A DNA stretch of 63,362 bases, filler included, from Octopus bimaculoides (taxonomy: Eukaryota), in NCBI RefSeq assembly GCF_001194135.2. It is 4 parts of 4 records of this genome, joined end to end, with 100 filler letters (N's around TTAATTAATTAA, not from the genome) between each part and the next. Parts side by side here need not be neighbours in the genome. Positions count along the whole stretch, not along the records: positions 25,093 to 39,661 come from NC_068982.1; positions 39,762 to 61,787 come from NC_068987.1; 2 more parts are not named here. One strand, written 5' to 3'. The stretch's first letter is position 1. Each line of letters opens with the position of its first letter. The position numbers and the translations under genes were made by a program. The notes below the pieces were generated by a model that was given only the letters and a program-made list of their open reading frames with translations, was not told the DNA's origin and did no database searches. Of the stretch, positions 37,138-49,947 are shown in pieces.

Positions 37138-37577
37138 ACATATGTATATATGTGCGTGTGTGTGAATGTAAGTATATGTAATATAATATATACATAGGCG
37201 GGCGCACTCACACACACACACACACACACACATACACACACACACATATGTGTATACAAGGAATAAACGGCAGCGTGATGGTGGTGGCAAGTCGAAAATT
37301 CGAAGTGACTGTCAATCTTTTCATGGTAAATATTTAATAAACATGTACTCTATTTCAAGTGAATAAACAAAACAAAAAAAAAAGAAAAGAAAAAGATTCA
37401 GCACATTTGATGTTCGGAGAGAAGAGAAAGAATTTCAATTTTATACTGAATGGCTTCTTGGTATTTAACCTCTATTGGTCAGCTCAGGTCACGTGGTTAT
37501 TTTGCTATCTTACCGACGTCAGTTATTTATTATTAGGTTTAGGTGGTATCGACAAGATGTAGGCGATACACACACGC

Positions 37578-37736
37578 AGTATAAGTTGGCTGTATCGTTA
37601 GTACGACGAACAAAATAGTTCGCGGCATTTCGTCCGTCTCTACATTCTGAGTTCAACTTCCACCGAGGTCAACTTAGTCTTTCATCCTCTTGAGGTTGAT
37701 GGAAGAAGTGCCACTGGGGTTGACACTTCCCCCAAA

Positions 37737-37739
<3 letters not shown>
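37578..37739 (+). mobile_element. SINE family C (diverged)
   Basis: GCGGCATTTCGTCCGTC..TTCTGAGTTCAAC..GAGGTCAACTT..CTTTCATCC. Confidence 0.75.
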
Positions 37740-37808
<69 letters not shown>

Positions 37809-38456
37809 NNNNNNNNNNNNNNNNNNNNNNNNNNNNNNNNNNNNNNNNNNNNNNNNNNNNNNNNNNNNNNNNNNNNNNNNNNNNNNNNNNNNNNNNNNNN
37901 NNNNNNNNNNNNNNNNNNNNNNNNNNNNNNNNNNNNNNNNNNNNNNNNNNNNNNNNNNNNNNNNNNNNNNNNNNNNNNNNNNNNNNNNNNNNNNNNNNNN
38001 NNNNNNNNNNNNNNNNNNNNNNNNNNNNNNNNNNNNNNNNNNNNNNNNNNNNNNNNNNNNNNNNNNNNNNNNNNNNNNNNNNNNNNNNNNNNNNNNNNNN
38101 NNNNNNNNNNNNNNNNNNNNNNNNNNNNNNNNNNNNNNNNNNNNNNNNNNNNNNNNNNNNNNNNNNNNNNNNNNNNNNNNNNNNNNNNNNNNNNNNNNNN
38201 NNNNNNNNNNNNNNNNNNNNNNNNNNNNNNNNNNNNNNNNNNNNNNNNNNNNNNNNNNNNNNNNNTACACACAATATACATGAACATGCACATATATATA
38301 TATGCACGAACTCATGTAAAGATATGAACGCATGTATCCACACATTCAGCAATCAGCAATCACATAAATAAATGTATATGAACGTACCAGTTTTAAATTA
38401 TCTAACTCACTAAAGAGGCAAAATACGTATATACATACACGCACAGATGTGCATAC

Positions 38457-38519
<63 letters not shown>

Positions 38520-39034
38520 TATACATACACACCTACATACCTACACACATTTATATAATTAATGTTCCGCTGCATACATTTGAAACACATGTAGTTGCCT
38601 TGCTGTGCTTCAAGTGCTGCAGATTGTTTATACGACAAACTTCACATATCGAGTGAATTAGAAGAATTAATGATGTAGTTAGTTAAAATTAGTGATTAAA
38701 CAGATATATTTAATTGAATTAATTAAATTAGCTGAAGTTGTCTCTAATAGTACATTCTAAATTGAAATCTACTTTACTTAAAGTTTGACAATTTTATTGA
38801 AGATAGATATTAAGAATATATTACAGGAATCAAATGCGCAACACATCTAACCTAAATTCATATCTACGAATATATGTATGTATGTACGTAGATACATACA
38901 TATATATACATATATGCGTATATGTATGTATGTATGTATGTATGCATTAGACAATGAACACAAAAGGAAGACAACACTCGAGGGATAAGTTTTTTAAAAT
39001 AGTGTATTAGTTTAACTCTTAAAAAGAAGAAAAA

Positions 39035-39074
39035 AGCTTTTAACGTTTCAGGCGCTAATACTTCATCAGAAAGT
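39035..39074 (-). ncRNA. Candidate degenerate minimal hammerhead motif
   Basis: Reverse complement TACTTT-CTGATGA-AGTATTAGCGCCT-GAAA-CGT-T-AAAAGC. Core and ACGT palindrome intact; stems I and II only 2-3 bp. Confidence 0.4.
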
Positions 39075-39618
39075 ATAAAAGAATGAGAAAATGTTATGGG
39101 GAAAATAATGGAGACCACATGGGAATGCGGTTTATGAGAGACGTTAGGAAGGGAAAAGGAGTCAAGGAAGAGTGTGCAGGTATGAGAAGGTATCGGTGTA
39201 CAGAGATGAGTATATGGAGAAGGTGTTTGCATGTATTGGTATGGGGTGTGATTTCTTTAGGTGTGTGCAGGTATGAGAGTACAATGGTGTGAGATAGTGT
39301 GGGAAGATGGGTTGTAGGTGTAATCGCATATTTATACACACGCACGCCCGCACTCACACATACACATACACACGCACACACACAAATATGTATATATATA
39401 GGCACATATATACATGAATGAACACACGTCTTGATCTGGCGGTAGAATCAAAAGTCATCAGTCAGCCTCCAAATATTTCAGCATTTAAAAGGTGTAAATC
39501 TTTCATTCAAAGTTCTTACATCCAAATGCGAAAGATTAGTGTTCAATAGAAAGAATTTGATGATGCACAACTCCTTCACCTGTTATTCCTGACTGCACGC
39601 ACGCGTAAGTGTGTGTAT

Positions 39619-39661
<43 letters not shown>

Positions 39662-39761
39662 NNNNNNNNNNNNNNNNNNNNNNNNNNNNNNNNNNNNNNN
39701 NNNNNTTAATTAATTAANNNNNNNNNNNNNNNNNNNNNNNNNNNNNNNNNNNNNNNNNNNN
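39662..39761. other. Artificial scaffold spacer
   Basis: 44N-TTAATTAATTAA-44N. Confidence 0.95.
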
Positions 39762-41851
39762 ATATATATATATATATATATATACAGAAACTAAAGAAAA
39801 TATGAAAAAAATTCCCATATCAAAAGCAACATACATTGATGAAAAGTGATCTTGAACGTGGATGTTAAATCAAATAGAATTAGCAGACAAATTTGTTTTG
39901 AATTACATCTCACCCTATTAAAAACAACAAACAGAATGATACATTTGATTGCATAGTTCTAAATGTACTTTGTATGATTGAAAGTTGGGATGGTATTGGT
40001 TGGAGCGCTTTGAATCATGAGTTGCTCTGCTCTGTTGTCTGCGTTTTCATTCTGTTGTATAGTTACTAAACAATATAGTTAACATATTACTGTTTAATGA
40101 CAATAACAGTTTGCATCATATATGTTGGCTGAAGTTATGTAGTGAAATACCTTAGCACATTGAACATGAAGATAAAAAAGAAAATTTGAAATTATGTTTT
40201 ATTGAGTTCAATTCTAGCTCAGGTTATCTTTGCAACTTATTCTTATGAGGTCGATAAAATAAGTACCAATCTCAAAGTAATGTATCCGATAGTGGAAACT
40301 ATACTTTTTTATGGCGCTACCTTAGTGCGACTATACTGCAATGAGTAAAACTTGTGAAAGAACAAATAATTATTGACAGCCTCATCATAAACAAAATCAT
40401 ACGAAAAACACATAAAACTATGTAGGAGGCTTATCATGGAACACAAAATATATTATCATACAGAAAAATACATGAAACTGTTCCGAAAGCTTATCATAAT
40501 TCAGAAAAAAAAACACATAAAACTATACAGAAATCTTATGCTCGCACATAAAATATATAATTTTCACTTCTTCGCTTTTTCATTCTCGTTTACAAAAATA
40601 AATATGAAACTACCCAATCAACATATCGCACTTATGAGACTGTAAAAACAGAAAGAAAAGATAACTGCCAGCATGTCTAGTTTGGACGCCTGGCGGCGAT
40701 CGTGGGAAGTGTGATAGAAAAGCAAATCCTTGTTATAAATTTACGATTAGAATGCATCGTACATATGCATCCAGCTCACAATTTTGATACTTAAAACCCT
40801 AAAATAAAAATTGGCTGATATCAGAAAAAAAGACTATAAAAAGAATACTTTCCATCCTACTCGAATTTGAACTTCAAACGAATGCTTTGCCCTTGGTAGA
40901 TGAAGAAATTATTTGAGAAATTCCAATATTATTTGTATTCCTACTTCACTTTTAAGTTTCTTTTGCTCTGTTTTGTTTTTCTTCTCTATATTGACTTAGT
41001 TTAGAATGAAGACAATAACCTGAATATTACTTATAAATAATATAATGAAATATCTGTTATACTACACTGCGGAATTACAATAACTCAGAATCAGGCTTAT
41101 AAATACAGTTGTAGTCGAAAATAGGAAGTATTAAAGAAATTTAGACTTGTGTTGCGGTTTGGTAATTTTTTTTTTTTTTTTTTTTTCAATTCTTGAATAC
41201 TTTCACTCCGTTTACAAAATAGAAATTGGAACCGCTCAATAAACATATCGTTCTTATAAGAAATATATCATACAGAAAAACACATGAAACTATTCAGTAA
41301 GCTTATCATCATGCATTAGAATATAACAACATATAAGAGGAAAATATATAAACAATATCAAAAATATGCCAACTCAAAAAAGCATATAATCGTGTAGGAG
41401 ATACATAAAATATAGAGAAAACTTATCACCATAGAGAAACCGGGTGTGGCTCTATAAAATCACCCAACCTGATAAAAAAAGAACAGTTGCTAAATTCCCC
41501 TGAAATAACAAATTATCATCTTATAAGTAGAAAGGACATTTCGGATAATACATTCCGGGCTTGACGATGCCTAGAAAAAAAAAACGACTCGATGTTCACA
41601 GCTAGAATACATATAATCGTATATCTACCCGATCGGAGCCAAATGTGAGCTAAAAAAAATACAATAACTACAACACTGTCATCATACCGGAATTTATCAA
41701 CATAGTGAAAACATATCACAAAAGAGAGACATATATCATCTTCCAAGGACGGTATTCCTCATACTCATAGCGTATCAAAAAGCAGAAAACATTATCGTAG
41801 TAAAAAGTATATGTCGCCATGTTTAAATGGTCCCAGCAAGGAAGGCTTTAA

Positions 41852-41967
41852 TACGTGGCAGGTGTTGAAAAGCTCCAAGATTTGGGTGAAAGAAAATTCA
41901 GGAGGATTAGTTAAGCATTTTAGTCAACATATTCCCCTCTCAGATTCACACACTTATTGCAGTGATC
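41852..41967 (-). mobile_element. Mariner 3' terminus, copy 1 (third lineage)
   Basis: Minus strand encodes CNKCVNLRGEYVD*, followed by a TIR-like end (plus strand TACGTGGCAGGTGTTGAAAAGCTCC). Confidence 0.7.
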
Positions 41968-42184
41968 TTTCACTTTTTCTAAGCCCCGTAAAAGAACTCG
42001 GAAGTTGAACCTCCAACCGGAATTTATCAACATAGAGAAAACATATCACAAAAGAGAGGCATATATCACATTTTAAGGACCGTATCCCTCATACTGATAA
42101 CGTATCGTCAAGCACAAAACATTATTATCATAGTAAAACGTATATGTCGCCATGTTTAAATGGTCCCAACAAGGAAGGTTCTAA

Positions 42185-42305
42185 TATGTGGTGGGTAGTT
42201 GAAAAGCTCCTGGCTTTAGGTAAAAGAAAATACAGGAGGATCAATTAATAATGATTTTATTCAATATATTCCACTTTCAGGTTCACACTTATTACAGCGG
42301 TCTTT
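42185..42305 (-). mobile_element. Mariner 3' terminus, copy 2
   Basis: RCNKC-NLKVEYIE* (one 2-nt deletion) followed by plus-strand TATGTGGTGGGTAGTTGAAAAGCTCCTGGCTTT. Confidence 0.7.
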
Positions 42306-42409
42306 TGGTTTTTCTAAGCCCCGTAAAAGAACTCGGAAGGTGGAGCCTCCTACAAGACCTTTCACGATACCCTTAAAGCCGGGAACGTTTCAGCCCCTCC
42401 TCAGCTATT

Positions 42410-42628
42410 TGATGTGTTAGAAATAGGAACCAAAACATTCTCAAACTAGCCATTACATTCTAGAAAAAAAGGAAATGTCACATTGGATAGTGTATTCCTA
42501 AACATAGACAGGCAATATCTAAGAGGACATGGGATCACTACTGGTGGAAAACCTTTGTTCGGACGTCTGCTAAGTCCGCAATGACAAAGAACTAAACAAC
42601 AGCGATAACGAAAACAACAGCAACAACA
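42410..42628 (+). mobile_element. Repeat family D copy with (CAA)n tail
   Basis: GTTAGAAATAG..ACATTGGATAGTGTATTCCTA..CTAAACAACAGC. Confidence 0.55.
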
Positions 42629-43712
42629 ATAGACTGTAAATATGCAGATAACTTACACAAAAAAGTATAAAAACATATCACTTACTTCAGAGATATATCA
42701 TTTCAATGAGCATATCACCATACAGACAAAAGCCAAGAAGAAAAAAAAGCCATATCGGCGTGTAGAAACATATTAACATAGATAAAACATATCAACATGC
42801 AAAGAAAGAACATATCGCACTACAAATATGTACATACATACATATATACATACATATATACATACATATATACATATTTATATTTTTATGTGAGTGTGTG
42901 TGTGTATGTATGTAGGTATGTATACATATATAAGTCTGTTTGTGTGCGTGTATGTGTATATATATATTACATAGAAAAAACAAACATCCCACCACTGAGA
43001 GAACACACACACAGCAATTAATGTTGTTCAGATGCTATGGAAACAGCAGAACTCTGGACAAAAGCACAATATTAAAACTCGAAAATGAGATATTCAGAAT
43101 TGGAAGGCGGATAAGAGTAGAAAGTTCTGGAAAATATTTGCACATATATTTACGGTCTAATAAACAGTAAATTCGTCCTGCTGGGAAAATTATTAAAACT
43201 CCGTTGCCGTTATGTCATTATACAAACTGCCGCAAATACACAGACGAACAAAATGGCTCTCTACAAACGCAAATACCTACACATACATATACTAATGCGA
43301 AGAAAATATTTATATATATATATANNNNNNNNNNNNNNNNNNNNNNNNNNNNNNNNNNNNNNNNNNNNNNNNNNNNNNNNNNNNNNNNNNNNNNNNNNNN
43401 NNNNNNNNNNNNNNNNNNNNNNNNNNNNNNNNNNNNNNNNNNNNNNNNNNNNNNNNNNNNNNNNNNNNNNNNNNNNNNNNNNNNNNNNNNNNNNNNNNNN
43501 NNNNNNNNNNNNNNNNNNNNNNNNNNNNNNNNNNNNNNNNNNNNNNNNNNNNNNNNNNNNNNNNNNNNNNNNNNNNNNNNNNNNNNNNNNNNNNNNNNNN
43601 NNNNNNNNNNNNNNNNNNNNNNNNNNNNNNNNNNNNNNNNNNNNNNNNNNNNNNNNNNNNNNNNNNNNNNNNNNNNNNNNNNNNNNNNNNNNNNNNNNNN
43701 NNNNNNNNNNNN

Positions 43713-43758
<46 letters not shown>

Positions 43759-43795
43759 CTTTTACTACTTTCGAATTTAGAGCTCCAGCATGGTC

Positions 43796-44090
43796 ACTGC
43801 CAACTCGTGTTGCTACACTTTCATGAATCCTCCTTGAACAGTTGGCGTTCGGTGAACGAGGGAATTTGATGCTGCTACCATCTCTCCCGCATCCCTGCAG
43901 TGAAGTTGGCTCATCTGGGACTGTTCACTGTAGGAGATTCAGTTTAGTTTTCAAGGCATCTACATTCACCCCATGTAGGTCTTTAAACTCCTTCGTTGAA
44001 ATCTTCTAGAGCTGTGGACCCTTGAAACCCAAGCTATTACCGTATCTGGTCCTGTATTTTGACAGCAAGGGTGAGATTTTATGTAAGCAT
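43796..44090 (-). pseudogene. CR1-clade LINE 3' end relic
   Basis: Minus translation SKYRTRYGNSLGFKGPQL*KI..DLHGVNVDALKTKLN..VPDEP..AASNSLVH matches the CR1 ORF2 C-terminus pattern. Confidence 0.8.
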
Positions 44091-44562
44091 GTCTACATAT
44101 CCACACGCATTATCATAATATTCTTTAGGCGTTGCCTGTTCGGGTATTATGGGGACTGCCATCGAATATAATAAAGGAAATAATTTCGCAGCCAGCTGGT
44201 TGTGAGTTCGATTCTACTTTGGACAAATTTTGTCAGTGCTTTTTTTTTTTTATTATTCTTTTTTTTTGGTATTTTATAGGTTCGTTTTCCTATAACATTA
44301 CATGTGCAATTTGGTTGACAGAAACAGTGATGATGTATACAGAGAAAAAATGTGCTTATGGATGGTTAAACAGACAAGACAGTGTGTTCAAATTAGCGAT
44401 TCCTTTTAATATTTATTTAGTCTGAGCTGTAACACACGTCGTCGAAAATACAGTGATATGCTTATTAGCCCGTTGGACATCCAAAAGTAATAAAAGCAGA
44501 TATATTCATGCACACAAAGATATCTACATACACATATTTATACATAAATACGCTTTATTTCT

Positions 44563-44603
<41 letters not shown>

Positions 44604-44898
44604 TCTCTATCTCTCTCATGTGTGTGTGTCTGTGTGTACGAGCGTGTGTGTATGAAAGAACATTGTCTGGTGGTTAGGGTAATACAAGCAAGATCATGGT
44701 TTTGATTCTATTTAGCTGTTAATAGGTAATCGTGCGACGGACTGGTGGTCCCTAATGCGGGAATGTTGGCCTACTCGCCTCGCTAGCGTGTTGTCGTCTT
44801 TCGTAAAGCTTTCGCGCATTGTGATCAGCGGTGTATAACAATATCTGCGAGGGTGATCGATAGATACACACACACATACACACACACAAATACATACA

Positions 44899-44932
<34 letters not shown>

Positions 44933-44962
44933 CATACATACATACATACATACATACATAAA

Positions 44963-45346
44963 TGTTGTTGGCACTCAGTCGCTTACGACGTCGAGGGTTC
45001 CAGTTGATCCGATCAACGGAACAGCCTGCTCGTGAAATTAATGTGCAATTGGCTGAGCACTCCACAGACACGTGTACCCTTAACGTAGTTCTCGGGGATA
45101 TTCAGTGTGACACAGTGTGACAAAGCTGGCCCTTTAAAGTACAGGTACAACAGAAAGAGGATGATAGAGTGAGAGAAAGTTGTGGTGAAAGAGTACAGCT
45201 GGGTTCGCCACCATCCCCTGCCGGAGCCTCGTGGAACTTTAGGTGTTTTCGCTCAATACACACTCACAACGCCCGGTCTGGGAATCGAAGCCGCGATCTT
45301 ATGACCGCGAGTCCACTGCTCTAACCACTGGGCCATCGCGCCTCGA
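44963..45346 (-). mobile_element. SINE family B (long-tail variant), full length
   Basis: Homologous to 25794-26172; tRNA-like head with A and B boxes. Confidence 0.93.
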
Positions 45347-45753
45347 CATACATACATACTTACATACATACATACATACATACTTACATATATATGAGAC
45401 AGACAAACCTGTATGTCACAGAATATATCCGATGAAGTAATTATAAATGTATTTTCTTTGTATGGGGCATCTAAATTAGAAAGTCGATATCTGAGTCTAT
45501 GCAGATTCCAATCTCCATGTCACTCAACTCTCTCCTATGGATATCAGCAATCATGACTTCCAGTTACTCAGGATCAAATCTCCCTCTCTCACATGCCCAA
45601 ATAGTTTGCACCTTCAACCGATCTGTTGACTCCTCCAAACACCAATATCTCTCCGAGTTATCGTCTCGTACATTGAGGAAATATTTCTTATTTCATCTCT
45701 TTACCAAAATTCATCGATCTCGATGACTTCATTATTCCCAACGATTGAGTAAG

Positions 45754-46661
45754 CACACAGTGGGTCGTTCACTCATCGGTTAGTACAGAAGCCGAGACTT
45801 GTGCAACCCACAAAGCTATTCGTCAACTGTCTCATTTCCTACATATATTTCAGAGCAACATCCTTGATGCTTATCTCACTACCAAACCTACGCTATTTCA
45901 AACCATAATTGCTGATGCAGTCGCCAGTTGATTATGATCAATTGCCAATTAACTCTCAACACACACTTACATATTACACATCACTTACTACATTTCATTC
46001 CGATGCTACTTCGAGTCAACCAACATATCAGATCTCCATCAGATTTGCGCCAACTACCACTGACTGTATGTGGACTTTAATGCTTGAACCACAGAAACAG
46101 CAAAATGTATGAGAGAAACGAACGTTCTAGACATTTCCTTCCCCTACATCCCCCATACTACAAAAGTCTAATTCCCCAAGTCCACCAACTGGTTCCTTTA
46201 TTGATATGATCAAGCTTTTGAGGCAAAAGCGTGACTTACAACGTCTGACAAAACGTAATCTGACGACACTTAATACTTGATGGCGTTTAACCAGTAACAG
46301 TATTTTTTAGGTGTTCTCCGACTCGCGAAAATGGCTGCGTGCATCATACAGTCCTAAAGCTATGGCACCTACCAAACTACAGCCGGTCCAATTTTCACTA
46401 CCTTTACAGAATCATCTCCCAACTCCACCACTTGCTCTCTGCCCACATTCTAGGCAACTCCACATTGTGCGATCTTATCAAATTTCCTCCAATACTGTCA
46501 CGTTCCTGTTAACCTCGGTACACACACAGTGGATAATCCACTCATCGGTTACTGATGCGGTCAGTACAGAAGCCGAGACTTTTGAAACCCTCAAATCCAT
46601 TCATCAACTGTCTCATTTCCTACATATATCTCACAGCAACATCCTTGATGTTTACCCCACT
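45754..46661 (+). repeat. ~130-140-bp direct repeats (45754-45880, 46523-46661) bounding a C-rich 640-bp interval
   Basis: CACACAGTGG..CACTCATCGGTT..AGTACAGAAGCCGAGACTT..TCAACTGTCTCATTTCCTACATATAT..GCAACATCCTTGATG in both copies. Confidence 0.85.
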
Positions 46662-46734
46662 AGTACATCTTACGTGCTCACCTAACCGCAGCTGTGGCAG
46701 GAATCTTTCCTATATAACGAAATTATGTGTGTGC

Positions 46735-46804
<70 letters not shown>

Positions 46805-47100
46805 ATATAAACACACACATATATGTGTGTTAGTGTATGTGTGTATGCGTCCGTGCGCGCGCGCGCGTGTATGTGTGTGAGCACATATAATTGCATTATT
46901 ATATATTATTAAAACTGCAAACGTAGAAGTTGTCAGTACTACACAGCCCTACACCTCTTTCGATCAATTATTCAATTATGAAGTCATTTGCATATTTTAT
47001 AGTGGCCTTCTTCATACTGGTGACTAACCAACTGCTTTTACCACGTACACTTTGCTGATCCTACATTATTGTTGTTGCTGTTGTTGTTGCTGTTGTTGTT

Positions 47101-47305
47101 CAGGTGGTGAGCTTGCAGAATGGTTTCGACACCGGGCGAAATGTTGAGCGGCATTTCGTCCGTCTCCACGTTCTGAGTTCAAATCCTCAGTCGACATTGA
47201 CTTTTATCCTTTCGGGGTCCATAAAATTGCTAGCTGGGCTCGATGCAATCCACTAAGCCCATCCCCGCCCCGAATTGCAAGCCATGTGCCTATAACAGAG
47301 ACGAT
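47101..47305 (+). mobile_element. SINE family C
   Basis: GGTGGTGAGCTTGCAGAAT..GCGGCATTTCGTCCG..GTTCTGAGTTCAAAT..ATCCTTTCGGGGTC. Confidence 0.8.
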
Positions 47306-47319
47306 AATTATCCTCACTA

Positions 47320-47492
47320 AGGCGGCGGGTTGGCAGAATCGTTACAACGTCAGGCAAAAAAAATGCTTGGCGGCATTTCGTCCGTTCAAATTCTACCGTG
47401 GTCGATAAATTAAGTACCAGTGAAACACTGGGGTCGATGTGATCGGCAAGTCTCCTCTAACATTTGGGGACTTGTTTCTTTAGCAGGAAGGA
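47320..47492 (+). mobile_element. SINE family C, tandem, internally deleted
   Basis: AGGCGGCGGGTTGGCAGAATCGTTA..GTCGATAAATTAAGTACCAG..CTGGGGTCGATGT. Confidence 0.8.
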
Positions 47493-47913
47493 ATATTGTT
47501 TTATATATACGTATATGTAATTACGAGTGGACACACACACACGCACGCACGCACATATATATGTCTATAGTTAAGCTGATATATATATATATATATATAT
47601 ANNNNNNNNNNNNNNNNNNNNNNNNNNNNNNNNNNNNNNNNNNNNNNNNNNNNNNNNNNNNNNNNNNNNNNNNNNNNNNNNNNNNNNNNNNNNNNNNNNN
47701 NNNNNNNNNNNNNNNNNNNNNNNNNNNNNNNNNNNNNNNNNNNNNNNNNNNNNNNNNNNNNNNNNNNNNNNNNNNNNNNNNNNNNNNNNNNNNNNNNNNN
47801 NNNNNNNNNNNNNNNNNNNNNNNNNNNNNNNNNNNNNNNNNNNNNNNNNNNNNNNNNNNNNNNNNNNNNNNNNNNNNNNNNNNNNNNNNNNNNNNNNNNN
47901 NNNNNNNNNNNNN

Positions 47914-48105
47914 GTCCCCCCAACATCGCTTGACAACCGATGCTGGTGTGTTTACGTCCCCGTAACTTAGCGGTTCAGCATAAAAGCCCGATAGAATAAG
48001 TACTAGGCTTACAAATAATTAGTTCTGGGGTCGATTTGCTCAACTAAAAGGCGGTGCTCCAGCATGACCACAGTCAAATGACTGAAACAAGTAAAAGAGT
48101 AAAGA
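47914..48105 (+). mobile_element. SINE family A 3' half (5' half lost in the N gap)
   Basis: GTCCCCCCAACATCGCTTGACAACCG..GGCGGTGCTCCAGCATG..AAGTAAAAGAGT. Confidence 0.9.
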
Positions 48106-48463
48106 GAGAGAATATATATATCGCCACACATGCAAAAAATAAACACACGTACATTTATAAAACCATACCGATAACTGCAAAATAACGTAGAAGCATATAT
48201 AAACAAAGGCTTCACATCTAAAGGATATCTATATTATAAATATTAATGCTCACTTGTAAATCTCTGTCTATATGAGCATACTTGTTCCATAGATTTGACA
48301 GTTATATATATATCAATTTCCCTATGAATATTAAGCATGTATACTTTGTGCACACGTACATATTTACTGGTTGGTATAGACACATATAAAGATATACACA
48401 TACACACATATATATACACACACAGACATACATACATACTTCTATCTCTCTCTCTCTCCCTAC

Positions 48464-48555
<92 letters not shown>

Positions 48556-49908
48556 ATATAACAAATGAGAGACGGAAAATGGAATACACTGGGAGCTTTA
48601 TTATTGCTCACAAGGATCATTTCGACACATCCTGCATCGATCCCTCACGGATGGGAAGCTATACAACTAGTCGCGGTGCGTCCCTCGGTGAAGAAGATCT
48701 CATCAGGCAGCATAATAAGAGGTATCTTGTTAAACGAACTATATATACATATTTAACATTTGTTTGCACTTGCACTTATGTGTGTGTGTATCTGTATGTG
48801 AGTCTGTGTGTGTGTGTGTGAGTGTGTGTGTGTGTGTTCATTTATTTCGTGTATTTGTTGCTGACTTGTGTGTATGTATTTGTGACTGCATTTGTACAGC
48901 TATGGCGGGTCTACACGATCACATTCATTTTTCACGGTGCAATCCGTCGCTTGAAACTTCGTACTTCTTTCAAGGAAGCATTGTTTTTGCTGATCTTTAT
49001 TTCGTCTTGCCAGTTACCTGGATTTGCTACCTTGCAGAATATAATGGTAAAATATTTTAAGCCTAACTTGATTTAAATGTGTATACATACGCTTTAATAT
49101 GGCCATATACACTCACGTATGTGAGCGCGTGCACGCATACCTATATCTGTATGCATGCATGTGTGTGCACGTGTGTGTGTGTGCATGCGTGTGTGTGTGT
49201 GTGTGTTTGTGCGCGCACGTGTGTGTCTATGAGCACGCGTATTTATGAATGTCAGACAATTCTGTAGTGAAATCGAACCGAAAACCACATTACTCTGAAT
49301 GAAATATCTTAACCACACGGACACAGCCGAGGTCGCGTCTCTTTCTTTCTTTTGTTGCCATTCCTGTCAAATATATATACATATATATATATATATATAN
49401 NNNNNNNNNNNNNNNNNNNNNNNNNNNNNNNNNNNNNNNNNNNNNNNNNNNNNNNNNNNNNNNNNNNNNNNNNNNNNNNNNNNNNNNNNNNNNNNNNNNN
49501 NNNNNNNNNNNNNNNNNNNNNNNNNNNNNNNNNNNNNNNNNNNNNNNNNNNNNNNNNNNNNNNNNNNNNNNNNNNNNNNNNNNNNNNNNNNNNNNNNNNN
49601 NNNNNNNNNNNNNNNNNNNNNNNNNNNNNNNNNNNNNNNNNNNNNNNNNNNNNNNNNNNNNNNNNNNNNNNNNNNNNNNNNNNNNNNNNNNNNNNNNNNN
49701 NNNNNNNNNNNNNNNNNNNNNNNNNNNNNNNNNNNNNNNNNNNNNNNNNNNNNNNNNNNNNNNNNNNNNNNNNNNNNNNNNNNNNNNNNNNNNNNNNNNN
49801 NNNNNNNNNNNNNNNNNNNNNNNNNNNNNNNNNNNNNNNNNNNNNNNNNNNNNNNNNNNNNNNNNNNNNNNNNNNNNNNNNNNNNNNNNNNNNNNNNNNN
49901 NNNNNNNN

Positions 49909-49947
<39 letters not shown>

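Larger units (their letters stand above)
41686..42350 (+). repeat. Tandem duplication, ~330-bp unit, diverged copies
   Basis: ACCGGAATTTATCAACATAG starts at 41686 and 42016. Both units end CTAAGCCCCGTAAAAGAACTCGGAAG. Confidence 0.92.

Noticed and set aside
44725-44860. CpG-rich island as an exon or structured RNA
   Set aside because: No frame with a coherent splice-site pair, no recognisable RNA motif, and CTGATCA is not a valid hammerhead core.
48595-48720. Minus-strand CTGATGA...GAAA with a flanking inverted repeat (extended hammerhead?)
   Set aside because: Stem III cannot form and the 75-nt stem II lacks a convincing base helix.
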